From the UHGV virus genome UHGV-2025275: DNA of 64,000 nt. One strand, 5' to 3'. The DNA comes from a virus. Below are positions 18,684 to 29,404 of the stretch, piece by piece (the stretch's first letter is position 1; each line of letters starts with the position of its first letter). The notes under the pieces were generated by a model that saw only the letters and a list, made by a program, of their open reading frames with translations, was not told the origin of the DNA and ran no database searches. Both the position numbers and the translations under genes were made by a program.

Positions 18684-20999
18684 TCAGATTTTGCACGCGC
18701 CATCGCACTCATCTTCTGGCTCAACAACCTCCGCAACTGAAGGTTCGGACACCTGATCGTCGTCGTCACGCTTACCAGCGCCATCACGCGTGTTGTGGTA
18801 ATAAAGCGTCTTCACACCTTGCTGATACGCAAACAGCAGATCTTCCAGCAGCTTCATCATTGGAACCTTGTCGCCAGGGAAGCGAGTCGGGTCGTAGTTG
18901 GTGTTCGCAGAGATGGCCTGATCGAAGAACTTCTGAATGATGGCCACCTTAGTCAGATAGCCGCGGTTATCCGGCATATCCCACAGGTACTCGTACTGGT
19001 CTTTCAGTTGCGCGAAGTCCGGAACGACCATCTTCACGATGCCGTCTTTGGAAGACTTCACGGACACCGGGCCGCGGGGCGGCTCAATACCATTGGTGGA
19101 GTTGGTGATCTGGCTGGACGTCTCACACGGCATTTGAGCGGTCAGAGTGGAGTTACGCAGACCATGCTCACGGATACGGCCACGCAGCTCTTCCCACGGC
19201 ATTTTCAGCTCGAAAGAGGTCTCCGGGTTGGTATCCAGTGTTTTGCGATAGTGGTCGACTGGCAGCTGGCTCTGTGCGTATTTGGTGTGGGAGAACCAGT
19301 CACATGCACCCTTCGCTTCGGCCAGTCGGCAGCTCGCATCGAGCAAGTAGTACTGAATGGCTTCGAAGGTCTCATGCACCAGCTGGTTGCCTGCAGCGTC
19401 AGAGTAGTTAAAACCATTCTTCGCCAGATAGTAGGCAAAGTTTGTCACGCCAATACCCAGACTACGACGAGCTTTAGCCGGGATTTCTGCAGCAGCCATC
19501 GGGTAGTCCTGATAGTCGAGCAGAGAGTCCAGTGCCGCCACAGCGTAAAACGCCACGTCTTTCAGTGAGTCCAGCGTGCGGATCGCGCCCAGGTTGAACG
19601 CAGACAGAGTGCAAAGCGCGATTTCCCCGTTCGGATCGTCAGTGAACGCCAGTGGCTTGGTCGGTAGCGTGATCTCCATACAGAGATTGGACTGGTGTAC
19701 CGGTGCAATTTCCGGAACGAATGCGCCGTGATCGTTCATGTGGTCGACGTTGGCAATGTAAACGCGACCAGTAGAGGCACGCTCCTGCATCAGCGTAGAG
19801 AACAGGTCGACGGCCGGGATAGATTTCTTACGAATGCTCTCGTCGGCTTCGTACTTCAGGTACAGCTCTTCGAACTTGTCCTGATCAACAAAGAACGCGT
19901 CGTACAGGCCCGGCACATCGTGTGGGCTGAACAGCGTAATATTTTCGTTGCGCACCAGGCGGCGATACATCAGACGGTTAATCATCACGCCATAGTCGAG
20001 ATGACGAACGCGGTTCTCTTCAATGCCACGGTTGTTTTTCAGTACCAGCAGACTTTCAACTTCCAAGTGCCAGATCGGATAGAACGCTGTAGCAGCGCCG
20101 CCGCGAACACCGCCCTGAGAGCAGGATTTCACAGCTGTCTGGAAGTGTTTCAGGAATGGAATAACGCCAGTGTGGGTGGCCTCGCCATTGCGGATCTCAC
20201 TTCCCAGCGCACGCAGACGCCCAAAGCCAATACCAATGCCCGCGCGACGTGACACGTAGTCAATGATTGCGGAAGACGCAGCGCTAATCCCTTTCAGACT
20301 ATCAGCTGCTTCAATCAGCACGCAGCTGGAGAACTGGCGAGTAGGGGTGCGCACGCCGGCCATAATTGGCGTTGGCAGAGACAGCTTGAATGTACTGGTC
20401 ACATCGTAGAAGCCTTTGACCATCTCCAGACGCGTCTTACCGGCGCAGCCATCTTCCCAATTCTGGAACAGGCACATGCCGACCAGCATGTAGAGTTGCT
20501 GTGGCCCTTCGTAGATAGCGCCAGTTACTCGGTTTTGAACGAGATACTTGCTCGCCAGCTGCACGGTGGCGGCATAGCCGAAGTATTCGTCGCGCTTAGG
20601 CTTGATGTACACGCCCAGCTCGGCAATTTCTTCCTGAGAGTAGTACTTGAGAAGGTCTTCATCGTAAACGCCACGACTGACGTTGCTGACGATGTGATTG
20701 TAGAAATTCGGGTAGTCATACTGGCCGAAGGCGTCCTTGCGGATCTTGAACAGGCTCAGTCGCGCGGCAACCTGCGAGTAGTTCGGGGTTTCCGGAGAGA
20801 TCAGATCGGCAGCGGACTTTACCAGCGCTTCATGCAGCTGGCAGGTGGTCATTCCGTCGAAAATGCTGGCAGCAGCGCCCATAGCGACAGCAGACGCGCT
20901 AACGTTGCGAATGTTTTCGACTCCCCACATCACAACGCGGTTGTATTTTTCCTCTGACAACGGCTCAGTGGAACCGTTACGTTTTACGATGCTTATCAT
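18684..20999 (-). CDS. nrdA: ribonucleotide reductase class Ia alpha subunit
   Basis: N-terminal ATP-cone (VKRNGSTEPL), NLCMEI active-site motif, C-terminal Cys pair. Confidence 0.9.
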   Translation of the reverse strand: MISIVKRNGSTEPLSEEKYNRVVMWGVENIRNVSASAVAMGAAASIFDGMTTCQLHEALVKSAADLISPETPNYSQVAARLSLFKIRKDAFGQYDYPNFYNHIVSNVSRGVYDEDLLKYYSQEEIAELGVYIKPKRDEYFGYAATVQLASKYLVQNRVTGAIYEGPQQLYMLVGMCLFQNWEDGCAGKTRLEMVKGFYDVTSTFKLSLPTPIMAGVRTPTRQFSSCVLIEAADSLKGISAASSAIIDYVSRRAGIGIGFGRLRALGSEIRNGEATHTGVIPFLKHFQTAVKSCSQGGVRGGAATAFYPIWHLEVESLLVLKNNRGIEENRVRHLDYGVMINRLMYRRLVRNENITLFSPHDVPGLYDAFFVDQDKFEELYLKYEADESIRKKSIPAVDLFSTLMQERASTGRVYIANVDHMNDHGAFVPEIAPVHQSNLCMEITLPTKPLAFTDDPNGEIALCTLSAFNLGAIRTLDSLKDVAFYAVAALDSLLDYQDYPMAAAEIPAKARRSLGIGVTNFAYYLAKNGFNYSDAAGNQLVHETFEAIQYYLLDASCRLAEAKGACDWFSHTKYAQSQLPVDHYRKTLDTNPETSFELKMPWEELRGRIREHGLRNSTLTAQMPCETSSQITNSTNGIEPPRGPVSVKSSKDGIVKMVVPDFAQLKDQYEYLWDMPDNRGYLTKVAIIQKFFDQAISANTNYDPTRFPGDKVPMMKLLEDLLFAYQQGVKTLYYHNTRDGAGKRDDDDQVSEPSVAEVVEPEDECDGACKI

Positions 21000-21045
21000 G
21001 TATCACCCAATAAAAAAGGCCACTAAATATAGTGACCTCATGTTA

Positions 21046-21066
21046 ATAGATAAGTACTTACCTATC
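21046..21066. promoter_or_regulatory. motif-1 palindrome ATAGATAAGTACTTACCTATC upstream of nrdA
   Basis: between resolvase stop and nrdA start. Confidence 0.5.
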
Positions 21067-21076
21067 AATTACCGAC

Positions 21077-21646
21077 TTATAAAATTCCTGCAAGAACATC
21101 GCGAACCTGACGGAATTGATCTGTTTGCATACCGGTGTAAATCGACGCGACAGCGTCCGCAAGGTGCTCGTTTTTATTCACCAGCACTTCCTTACCAGAT
21201 TGCTTACGGCGCAACCACGGGGCGTTTGGCTGCTTCTGCGTAGCCCACTGAATGATCTCTTCCTTCGACGTGGTCAGCTTATTCCCGACATAGTGCTTAA
21301 TCTCGTTTGGCGTGACCTGTATCAGTGGCTTATCCACGCACGCCAGTACGCCAATACAGATGCCGTATGAGGTCTGAGAGCGACTCGATTGGCTACCAAC
21401 CGGCAATTCGCAAAACACCATATGAGCCTGCTCGATTATGGGCTTGGCGGTACGCCAGATTTCATTAGCGCGGCGCAGATCGTCGCTGTTTACGCGAACA
21501 GTCTTCTTGTTGCCGCCAGCTTTGGTTTCCACCAATGTCAGGCCATGAATGTCCAGCTTATCCGTTTCCAGATCCAGCGTGCCAATCGCCAGGCCAAAGT
21601 TGCTCATTGAAGGGTCGACGCCGACCACACGAATGGTTTTACTCAT
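21077..21646 (-). CDS. RuvC-like Holliday junction resolvase
   Basis: VVGVDPS…GLAIG and EHLADAVASIYTG motifs; start at ATG with AAGGAG SD (ORF extends to 21682). Confidence 0.7.
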   Translation of the reverse strand: MSKTIRVVGVDPSMSNFGLAIGTLDLETDKLDIHGLTLVETKAGGNKKTVRVNSDDLRRANEIWRTAKPIIEQAHMVFCELPVGSQSSRSQTSYGICIGVLACVDKPLIQVTPNEIKHYVGNKLTTSKEEIIQWATQKQPNAPWLRRKQSGKEVLVNKNEHLADAVASIYTGMQTDQFRQVRDVLAGIL

Positions 21647-21657
21647 TTTTGGTCTCC

Positions 21658-22404
21658 TTACCACGTAGCCCAGGTTGGGCATTCCATTAGTTTCTGTTCA
21701 AGTGTCTTTTCCGGCTCGCGAGTTGGCGGCTTCGGAATGTCGCTAACAACGTGAATGCTATCGTTGGTTAGAACGCCTGCAGCAATGTCTGCATCGATCA
21801 TGCTCTGGCCGATGAAATGCCGCATGATGTCGATCAGATGGCGTGCAGCCGTTTCATTCGCGCTGAATACATGGGGGAGAAGTACTTCAATAATCGCTAC
21901 TTCACATCCCTCCTCGTAAAAGCAGAGTTTCGCCCGCTTTGAAATTGGCGCGTGTCGGTCATAGTCAACAGAGAAGCTGGCGAAAGCAGCACCCGGCATT
22001 GCAACGTGATCCGCGCGTGCGTTAGCGTGTCGAATCAGATTAGTGAATGCGGTGCTGATGTGCGTCTCCATCGCATTGAAGAGCGCATTTTCTTGGATGT
22101 TCAGCGTTCCGGTTTCAGGAATCACAACGAACCCCGGCCCAGAATGTGGGAGATATCCACCTTCCGTAAATGGATTAATAAGGATCGGCGCAGTGCTTCC
22201 TGACGGCAGCATAGACAAACTCGGCATCAACGGAGTCGATGACAACAGACTGGTTAATACCGAGAACTGGTCGTCATTGATGTTTTCGTTTTTCCACAAA
22301 AGTGCAGGCGCAGCTGCTTTTGCCGTATGGTGGTTTATCAGCTTTATAGACTGCATCACGGCAAACATCTGCAAAAACTGCGTTCGGCTCAAGTTAAACG
22401 ACAT
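21658..22404 (-). CDS. hypothetical protein (248 aa)
   Basis: start overlaps sbcC-like stop. Confidence 0.55.
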   Translation of the reverse strand: MSFNLSRTQFLQMFAVMQSIKLINHHTAKAAAPALLWKNENINDDQFSVLTSLLSSTPLMPSLSMLPSGSTAPILINPFTEGGYLPHSGPGFVVIPETGTLNIQENALFNAMETHISTAFTNLIRHANARADHVAMPGAAFASFSVDYDRHAPISKRAKLCFYEEGCEVAIIEVLLPHVFSANETAARHLIDIMRHFIGQSMIDADIAAGVLTNDSIHVVSDIPKPPTREPEKTLEQKLMECPTWATW

Positions 22405-24310
22405 AGCTGCGACCCTCTTTGACTTCGACTGTGATGGTTTCCCGGAACCACGATTTCATCTCTTTGTGGGAAATGATCATCACTGTGCCGCGTTCACGCG
22501 CTTTGGCTTCCAGAATCCCCATGAGACGCTCCAGACCGGCAGTGTCGAGCGCGTCGTCAATTTCATCCCCGATAAACAGCTCGATATTCTTACTGGCGCG
22601 ACTGGCAACCAGATCCTGCAAAGCAAGAGAGCACGCAATGCGTACCTTACGCTTCTCGCCACCAGACAACGTCTGGAAGGATTTGCTGGAGCCTGTTTTG
22701 GTTACGCTGATATTGAATTTGTCGCGATACTCGCCTTTCTTCGTTGTCTCCATTGTCGACCATTCGGCAACGATGTTGCCGTCCGACAGCGTGTTGAGAT
22801 ACTCCGCAGTTCTGATGTTCAGGAAAGGCGTAACAGAGGTCAGGATGTGTGAACGCACACCAGCTGGGGAGTAAACCTGGCGAGCTTTCTCCAGCAACAG
22901 AGCCTGCTCCTGAATACTCTTTAACTCATTTTTAAGTACTGAATGATTAGATTTATTGGCAGCAAGGTTGTCTTCATGACGTTTAATAACGGCCAGAAAT
23001 GGGTTTACCTCTGCCATAATGCGATTCATGTCGGTACGTGCCCGCGCCACCATCGCTTCGACGGCCACAACTTCACGTTCTCGATGACGCAGCGCACTTA
23101 GCTCATTGGTCAGGCGTTCGATTCTGGCGATGATTTCTGATACGTCGGGTGTGGCTGCGACCAGTGCAGACTCGATGTCGAGCGCTTTCTCAAGACGAGC
23201 TTTGTGTTGAGCCACTGCCGCTGCTGATGCCTGCGCCTGGCCGATCTCATTACGCGCTTGTTCAATGAAACTCTCCTTTACGGTGGACAAATCTTCTTCG
23301 CAGTAGGGCTTTCCGCACGTAACACAAGGTGCTCCGACCTTTGTGCCAACCTCTTCTGCTTTGGTTTTAAACGAGCGAGCACGGTTCATCGACTCGTTCT
23401 GTGCTGCTTCTGAAGTGCGGATGCTTGAGCGGATCTCCGTAATCGCACCGCGCACCTTCAGCAGTTTGGCGTCATGCTCTTCTTTGGAGGCCAGCTTGCT
23501 GCGTTCGCCAGCAATCGCGTTTTCCGTATCCCGGATCTGTTCCGGCAGCGAGCGAATTTCCATCACGACTTCGGACAGCGTTACCTCCGCGCCAGCCAAA
23601 TCGACGCGGGCCTTGTCCAGACGTTCGCCGCGATCGCGCTCCCAACTATCAGAGGACGCTTTGGCCGCCTCAATCTCTGACTGCGCGGTCTCGATAAGCG
23701 TGAGACAGGCGTCCATTTTGGATTTGGTAACATCCATGCGTGCGGCAGCTGCATTAGCACGCTCGCGAGCAATGGCATAGGCTCGCGTTAACCGGTCGAC
23801 GCCAGCGGCTTCTTCAACGATGGTTTTGAGGTTCTTGTCGGACATACCCGGCAGATCAGGCATTGCTTCCTGACTGGCGTAGATGGACGCCATGAACACC
23901 TCTTTCGATGCACCAATCAGGCGTTCAACGAACTCCTGCGTCAGTGTGTCTTTGCCTTTGGTCATATCACCGTCTTCGCCACGGACGATCAGCCGGTTCT
24001 TGAACTCTTTGTGTTTGCGGTGGCGAATGATGGCGTAACGCTTTCCTTCATCCTCAACAGTCACCATCACACGACAGTTTTTCTCGTGACCTGTAGACAG
24101 CACGTCGTCACCTTTGACGCCATGCGCAGTTTCGCCATACAGACACCACATCAGGCTGTTCATCAAAGTCGATTTGCCCGCACCATTGCTGGCAGCAGAA
24201 GAGTCGCCACTGTTAACACCCTGAATGAGCACCAGACCGCGTTGGTCTAACTCAACTTCGGCGCTGGCTAACGCCATGAAGTTCTCAACCTGGAGCTTTA
24301 GAAATTTCAT
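22394..24310 (-). CDS. sbcC: SbcC/Rad50-like recombination ATPase (T4 gp46-like)
   Basis: Walker A GVNSG…NGAGKST, coiled-coil middle, C-terminal LSGGEKRK signature and DEIDDALD Walker B. Confidence 0.85.
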   Translation of the reverse strand: MKFLKLQVENFMALASAEVELDQRGLVLIQGVNSGDSSAASNGAGKSTLMNSLMWCLYGETAHGVKGDDVLSTGHEKNCRVMVTVEDEGKRYAIIRHRKHKEFKNRLIVRGEDGDMTKGKDTLTQEFVERLIGASKEVFMASIYASQEAMPDLPGMSDKNLKTIVEEAAGVDRLTRAYAIARERANAAAARMDVTKSKMDACLTLIETAQSEIEAAKASSDSWERDRGERLDKARVDLAGAEVTLSEVVMEIRSLPEQIRDTENAIAGERSKLASKEEHDAKLLKVRGAITEIRSSIRTSEAAQNESMNRARSFKTKAEEVGTKVGAPCVTCGKPYCEEDLSTVKESFIEQARNEIGQAQASAAAVAQHKARLEKALDIESALVAATPDVSEIIARIERLTNELSALRHREREVVAVEAMVARARTDMNRIMAEVNPFLAVIKRHEDNLAANKSNHSVLKNELKSIQEQALLLEKARQVYSPAGVRSHILTSVTPFLNIRTAEYLNTLSDGNIVAEWSTMETTKKGEYRDKFNISVTKTGSSKSFQTLSGGEKRKVRIACSLALQDLVASRASKNIELFIGDEIDDALDTAGLERLMGILEAKARERGTVMIISHKEMKSWFRETITVEVKEGRSYVV

Positions 24311-24498
24311 ACAATGCCTCTAACTTTTTGATTCAAATGCTGGCCTTTTCGCAGTTGAAACTCTGTGTGGGCCGGGAAAGATCTCCGTTTCAGTACGCCT
24401 TGTTTGCTCAGTCTTCCCAGATAAAACGCCACAGGGTTTCCGTTGGGTGGGTAGGGCTTGTGGAACATCACCGTCTGGCCTCGTTCAAGTCTTTTCAT
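24307..24498 (-). CDS. small hypothetical protein (63 aa)
   Basis: ATG MKRLER…; fills gap between sbcD and sbcC; weak SD. Confidence 0.3.
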   Translation of the reverse strand: MKRLERGQTVMFHKPYPPNGNPVAFYLGRLSKQGVLKRRSFPAHTEFQLRKGQHLNQKVRGIV

Positions 24499-24539
24499 CG
24501 TGGAGATGAAGTCCCGAAAGCTCCCAGAATGGCTCGTAC

Positions 24540-25625
24540 TCACATTGCCTCCGCACTCTCCGCTTCGGTCAGGATCTCCTGACACAGCATGTCCAGCTTG
24601 CTCAGGTCGAAGCCGCCGTCAGTGTCGTGAACGATCTTGCAGTACGCCGCGACGGACTCGCCCAGGCTGTCTATTTTGCTGGTCTCCGCAGTACTGGCAG
24701 TGCCTTCCATCATCGATGCCTTGCGGATGAAGTTGCAGACGACACCCTTCGCGCCCATTGTTTTCAGGACGTTCTGGATTTTGATGCCCTCTTCATCGCT
24801 CTCCACAACGGCACGGAAGCGCACGTAGTTACCACGAATTTGGTCGTCTTCCACATCGTCCTCAAGGTTGACGAACTTGGGTGCGGAGGTTTCGTGGTGG
24901 GTGAATGTGCCGTCAGGGTTGACGATCATGAAGCCAGCCAGCGAGCCAACATCGCCCCAATTCTGGTGCGTCAGCGCCCCGATGCTAACCACTCCAGGCA
25001 GCACTTCTTTGTGGTTGTGGTAGTGTCCGGACAGCAACAAACGGAAGCCGATATCTTTCAGTTCCTGTGCGTCGATGCCGACATCAGGCATGGTGGGGAT
25101 CGCTTTGTTGATTGAGGTATGCACAACGACATCGTGGTTGTCGCCATCCAGCCCGGAACGCAGTGTTTTGAGGTCGCTGATAAGCTCTGCGTGGTTATTG
25201 CGCCAGCTAATCAGATGGACGGTAACGTCGCCCACTTTGATGGAGTGAGGACGTTTGCCGCAGACGATTTCCACACCGATTGAGCGCAGAGAGGCCGCTG
25301 CATTGGCGCTGTATACGGAATCGTTGGTTTCGAGGTCGTGGTTGCCGGCCAGCATAACCACTTCGAGGCCCAACTCTTTGATGATCCACTCGTAAGTTTC
25401 ACTCACGAAATGCAGGACGGAAGGTGATATAGCACCACGAACATGGAAAGTATCACCAGCCACCAGCATGTACTTACAGCCCGCAGCTTTCATGGCTTTG
25501 GCTGCTTCTTTCGTGGCGTCCAGTTGGATCTCCAGTCGAGAGTTCAGCCCGTCAGCGTTTGTTGTCGCAAAAGCATCCCAACGATGATAATGGGGATCTG
25601 ATATCACCCCGTATGGCAATGTCAT
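24540..25625 (-). CDS. sbcD: SbcD/Mre11-like nuclease (T4 gp47-like)
   Basis: calcineurin-like phosphoesterase motifs ISDPHYH, GDTFH, GNHD. Confidence 0.85.
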   Translation of the reverse strand: MTLPYGVISDPHYHRWDAFATTNADGLNSRLEIQLDATKEAAKAMKAAGCKYMLVAGDTFHVRGAISPSVLHFVSETYEWIIKELGLEVVMLAGNHDLETNDSVYSANAAASLRSIGVEIVCGKRPHSIKVGDVTVHLISWRNNHAELISDLKTLRSGLDGDNHDVVVHTSINKAIPTMPDVGIDAQELKDIGFRLLLSGHYHNHKEVLPGVVSIGALTHQNWGDVGSLAGFMIVNPDGTFTHHETSAPKFVNLEDDVEDDQIRGNYVRFRAVVESDEEGIKIQNVLKTMGAKGVVCNFIRKASMMEGTASTAETSKIDSLGESVAAYCKIVHDTDGGFDLSKLDMLCQEILTEAESAEAM

Positions 25626-25853
25626 GTGTCTTTTCCTTTGTGGTTATTTTGATACAGATGTTAAGCGTGTTTGAGAGGCGAGCAACCCAGACAACACGGC
25701 ACAGAAGAAAATCTACAGGCACACGATTATGACAAAATATATAAGTAAGTGAATACCTATTTTATGAAGCGACATAGATTTCTAAATGTTACAAGCCACT
25801 CTATAATCGCAGTCACTCATTGATGACAACTAAACGAAAAAGGAGAACGGACG

Positions 25854-26357
25854 GTGAAACGCGTAATTATAGGGACGATGGCCATTGCTCTGATCGGATG
25901 CGTGCCAAAGCCGCCTCAAGATGAAAAGTCAGCTGGCGGGTACGTTGATATTTATTCCACTTCAAGCGTAGCTATTGCCCAAGACAGAGCCGACAAATTG
26001 TGTGGAAGCCATGCCTATTATGTCTCCAACGACAATGATTTAACCAAAGTCATGGGTAAATACGCGCCTTCATTCCCAAAAATCCGTTTCAACTGTGATC
26101 TTGAAATGGCCGCTTATCTCGGTAGCAAAGAGGCAAAGGAGATCAAGATGAAGCGCATAGAGGAAGCCTACAAGGAGATGTACAAGGCCCAATATGAGCT
26201 GAAAGAAGTGCGCCGTAAGAACGCTGATCCGAAGAAGCTGGAGTCCTACACAGAACGCGATCCTGACGGCACTATTCGCAGCTACAGCTTCTTGAACGGC
26301 AAGTCGTGCGAATCCATCGTATACCCAGACGGCACTGGCAAAACAACTTGCGATTAA
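25854..26357 (+). CDS. lipoprotein (167 aa)
   Basis: lipobox ALIGC; plus-strand moron between minus-strand operons. Confidence 0.6.
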   Translation: MKRVIIGTMAIALIGCVPKPPQDEKSAGGYVDIYSTSSVAIAQDRADKLCGSHAYYVSNDNDLTKVMGKYAPSFPKIRFNCDLEMAAYLGSKEAKEIKMKRIEEAYKEMYKAQYELKEVRRKNADPKKLESYTERDPDGTIRSYSFLNGKSCESIVYPDGTGKTTCD

Positions 26358-26388
26358 TTCTTCAGAAGCACCTCATATGGGGTGCTTT

Positions 26389-26883
26389 TTACTTTGGATC
26401 GCGAAACAGCATCTGCGTGCCTTTGGGTGACGTGTCGAAAAGGTGAAAACCTCTGCGTTTTAGCATGTCGGCCATTTGCGAGGATTTGACGTAGCACTTC
26501 GCCATCATCGGCTGGCTCGGGTTTGAATCGATCATGTCGGACACCAGCATTGACCCATAGCCTTTCCCGCGCAGCTCTTTGACGATACTGACGGCACGGA
26601 GTTCAAGTCGTGGCGCACCGGTTGGATCGAGTGCGGCACAGAACCAGATTAGCCCTGCTTTTTTGTCATCAGAACGGCGCAGCAGGATGTAGATATAATG
26701 CCCGGAGTATTGGCCCTGCTCGTTCGTCTGGATGGCCAGCCTGGTCTGCTTCTCAAAGGTTTTACCACCCTTTGATGTGAGGATCTCTTCGTAGAAGTGA
26801 CCCTTGCGTGCGCCGTCTTCGAACTCACCCATGATAAATGGCATGTCTGCCACAGTTGCTGCCCTTGAATAAAATTCACTCAT
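26389..26883 (-). CDS. GNAT-family N-acetyltransferase
   Basis: ELRGKGYGSMLV acetyl-CoA binding motif. Confidence 0.65.
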   Translation of the reverse strand: MSEFYSRAATVADMPFIMGEFEDGARKGHFYEEILTSKGGKTFEKQTRLAIQTNEQGQYSGHYIYILLRRSDDKKAGLIWFCAALDPTGAPRLELRAVSIVKELRGKGYGSMLVSDMIDSNPSQPMMAKCYVKSSQMADMLKRRGFHLFDTSPKGTQMLFRDPK

Positions 26884-26958
26884 GTATTAATCCCTAAAGC
26901 TCTCAGTGTCTTTCTAAGACACCATATTTTATGCCCCGGTAAAACCATGAGTTTACGT

Positions 26959-27603
26959 TTAAAACGTCTCAGAGGGCTTCTGACGCGCTACGCTGATGTC
27001 GATTACCCCAGCTTTTGGGCGAGGGTCGACAAGATTCAACTCTTCAGCACTGTGATACTCCGTATCGAACTCCCGATCGACATGGCGAATGTAGATGGCC
27101 GTAAGAAGGCTGTCGTCGTTCAGGAAGTGTCCGTAGGATTTGCGGATCACTTCGCCAACCTTCTCGATCTTCTCTCCACCCATGCAGAGATGGTTAAACC
27201 GGCTGTGTTTCCGCAGCATCTCATCCACCGGGCCGGAGTAGACCTTATCGACTCTCCCGAACCGGATGATATTTCCAGTATCAGCCTCAACCAGACAAAC
27301 GAGCTTGCCAGGTTCGACCCGGTCTCGCCATGTTACACCAGAGCGGAGTGTGTTGAAGTAGGGTGCGTCTAATCCGATGATCGGTTTACGAAATGCCAGC
27401 AGTGGCACGTAACGTATGCAGCTGTTCAGGTGGAAGTGCGCCCCGGCGTCGTGGAGTTTGAGCCGGGTTTCGTTAATCGGGCACTTCGACGCAATGCCGC
27501 ACAGGTCGCAGAGCAACTTCTGTTTGTTCAGGCTAGTGTTCGATTCAATGGTGTAGGAGCCATCTTCAAGACGGCGAACCCAGCGCGTGCGTTTGAGATC
27601 CAT
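26959..27603 (-). CDS. hypothetical protein (214 aa)
   Basis: long ORF, no recognisable motif. Confidence 0.55.
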   Translation of the reverse strand: MDLKRTRWVRRLEDGSYTIESNTSLNKQKLLCDLCGIASKCPINETRLKLHDAGAHFHLNSCIRYVPLLAFRKPIIGLDAPYFNTLRSGVTWRDRVEPGKLVCLVEADTGNIIRFGRVDKVYSGPVDEMLRKHSRFNHLCMGGEKIEKVGEVIRKSYGHFLNDDSLLTAIYIRHVDREFDTEYHSAEELNLVDPRPKAGVIDISVARQKPSETF

Positions 27604-27689
27604 AATTCTTATTCAAATAGTTTTGTCCGGGGCAACGATAACTGACAAGGCGCACCGATGTTTGCAAATGCCTGTTTTACTTATACCCA

Positions 27690-27780
27690 TTATTCACAGG
27701 ACCGATCCAATAATTAGATCCCCAGAGAGATCCTACAGAAGATCAAAAGAGATCCCCGATCGTCTCCAGCCGTTGCGGTT
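27690..27780. repeat. GATC-rich ~90-bp module, copy 1 (6 GATC sites)
   Basis: direct repeat with 28070-28160; dense Dam sites. Confidence 0.7.
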
Positions 27781-27794
27781 ACTGGCCTGAGAGG

Positions 27795-27900
27795 GGTTTA
27801 CTATCCACTATGGGGAGGAAAGTAACCTCTGTAGAGAGCATAATAACCGCTATGAAGAGCAAAACAACCTCTCTGGAGAGTGGTCGGTATCCACTGTAGT
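27795..27900. repeat. iteron array upstream of rep (5 copies, 21-22 bp period)
   Basis: units like TATCCACTGTAGTGAGTAGGAT / CTATCCACTATGGGGAGGAAAG. Confidence 0.8.
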
Positions 27901-28069
27901 GAGTAGGATACATTGTCTTAACTGGATAACTCAGTGCCTGTTTTTCTACGTCAGGTGGCTGATATTCATAGAGATGTTGGAAGTTTTGCGTTCAGGCGTG
28001 TTTGTTTCGACCACACATTATCCCCAGAAGGGGAGTGATGGCTGGTTTTGCAATTACCTGATTTTTATA

Positions 28070-28160
28070 CACAGGCCCGATCCAGTAATTCAGATCCCAA
28101 AGAGAACCAAAGAGACCCACAAAGACCCAAAAAGATCCCCGCACCCCGCAAACCGTTGTG
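28070..28160. repeat. GATC-rich module, copy 2 (3 GATC sites)
   Basis: direct repeat of 27690-27780. Confidence 0.7.
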
Positions 28161-28184
28161 CCACATGGCCTTAGAGGTGATCGA

Positions 28185-28320
28185 TATCCACTATAGAGAG
28201 AAGATCAGCCACTATGAAGAGCAAGCCAACCACTGTAGAGAGTAGAAAAACCACTATAGGCGGTAGGATAACCGCTGTGATGAGTGCTACTATCCACTGT
28301 AATCAGCAAAGGCCACCAAA
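28185..28320. repeat. iteron array (6 copies, 21-22 bp period) immediately upstream of rep
   Basis: GATATCCACTATAGAGAGAAGA, CAACCACTGTAGAGAGTAGAAA etc. Confidence 0.8.
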
Positions 28321-28347
28321 GCGGTCGAATAAAAAGAGACACTTGGA

Positions 28348-29403
28348 ATGAGCGAAAACGGCAATAAAAACATAGCGATCGTTGAAGCATTCTCAGAAAC
28401 AGACAAAAAGACCGGTGAAGTTGTTACGTTAGTTCCTAACACCAACAACACAGTTCAGCCTGTTGCTCTGATGCGTCTTGGTCTCTTCGTTCCGACGCTG
28501 AAATCGACCGCCAGGGGCAGAAAGGGGCAAATGGTCTCTATGGACGCCTCTGCTGAACTCAAACAGCTGTCTCTGGCCAAAGCCGAAGGGTACGAGGACA
28601 TAAGGATCTCCGGCGTTCGTCTGGATATGGATAACGACTTCAAAACGTGGGTAGGCATCATCCACGCGTTCGCCAAGCACAAGGTTGTTGGCGACACCGT
28701 CACGTTACCGTTCGTCGAGTTCGTCAGGCTCTGTGGCATACCAACGGCCAGATCGTCCGCGAAGTTACGCAAGCGCCTGGACAGTTCTCTAACTCGTATT
28801 GCCACAAACACTATCTCATTCCGCAGTAAAGGCTCTGATGAGTATTACGTGACGCACCTTGTGCAGACAGCAAAGTACAGCACAAAGAACGACACGGTCT
28901 CGCTGCAGGCTGATCCTAAGATTTTCGAACTCTACCAGTTCGACAAAAAGGTTCTTCTGCAACTCCGGGCAATTAACGAACTCTCCAGAAAAGAATCCGC
29001 GCAGGCGCTCTACACCTTCATCGAAAGTTTGCCACCTGACCCGGTACCAATCTCGCTGGCTCGCTTACGCGCCAGACTTAACTTAACCAGCCGCACCATT
29101 ACCCAGAACGCGACAGTCAGGAAGGCGATGGAGCAGCTGCGTGAGATCGGCTATCTCGATTACACCGAAGTGAAGCGCGGCAGCTCGGTCTACTTCATCA
29201 TCCACTATAGGCGGCCGAAATTACGCCCAGCACTGCCACCAACTAAAGCTGCGCCTGAAGAACCAGAAGACATCTTGCCTGGTGATGATCAGGAGGACAT
29301 TATCGATGTTGTTCCTGAAGAAAAAGAGGGTGAGATGGTCATGTTGAGCAAGGAAGAACTGGCGATTCTCGAAGAGCTACGCAAGGCAAAAGCTCGCAAA
29401 TAA
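28348..29403 (+). CDS. repA: iteron-binding plasmid-type replication initiator RepA (RepFIB/P1-RepA-like class)
   Basis: flanked both sides by iteron arrays; N-terminal …[24 protein letters not shown]… recalled as RepFIB-like (from memory, unverified). Confidence 0.75.
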   Translation: MSENGNKNIAIVEAFSETDKKTGEVVTLVPNTNNTVQPVALMRLGLFVPTLKSTARGRKGQMVSMDASAELKQLSLAKAEGYEDIRISGVRLDMDNDFKTWVGIIHAFAKHKVVGDTVTLPFVEFVRLCGIPTARSSAKLRKRLDSSLTRIATNTISFRSKGSDEYYVTHLVQTAKYSTKNDTVSLQADPKIFELYQFDKKVLLQLRAINELSRKESAQALYTFIESLPPDPVPISLARLRARLNLTSRTITQNATVRKAMEQLREIGYLDYTEVKRGSSVYFIIHYRRPKLRPALPPTKAAPEEPEDILPGDDQEDIIDVVPEEKEGEMVMLSKEELAILEELRKAKARK

Positions 29404-29404
29404 C

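Noticed and set aside
18795-19568. 257-aa plus-strand ORF
   Set aside because: Antisense inside nrdA, which has unambiguous RNR motifs.
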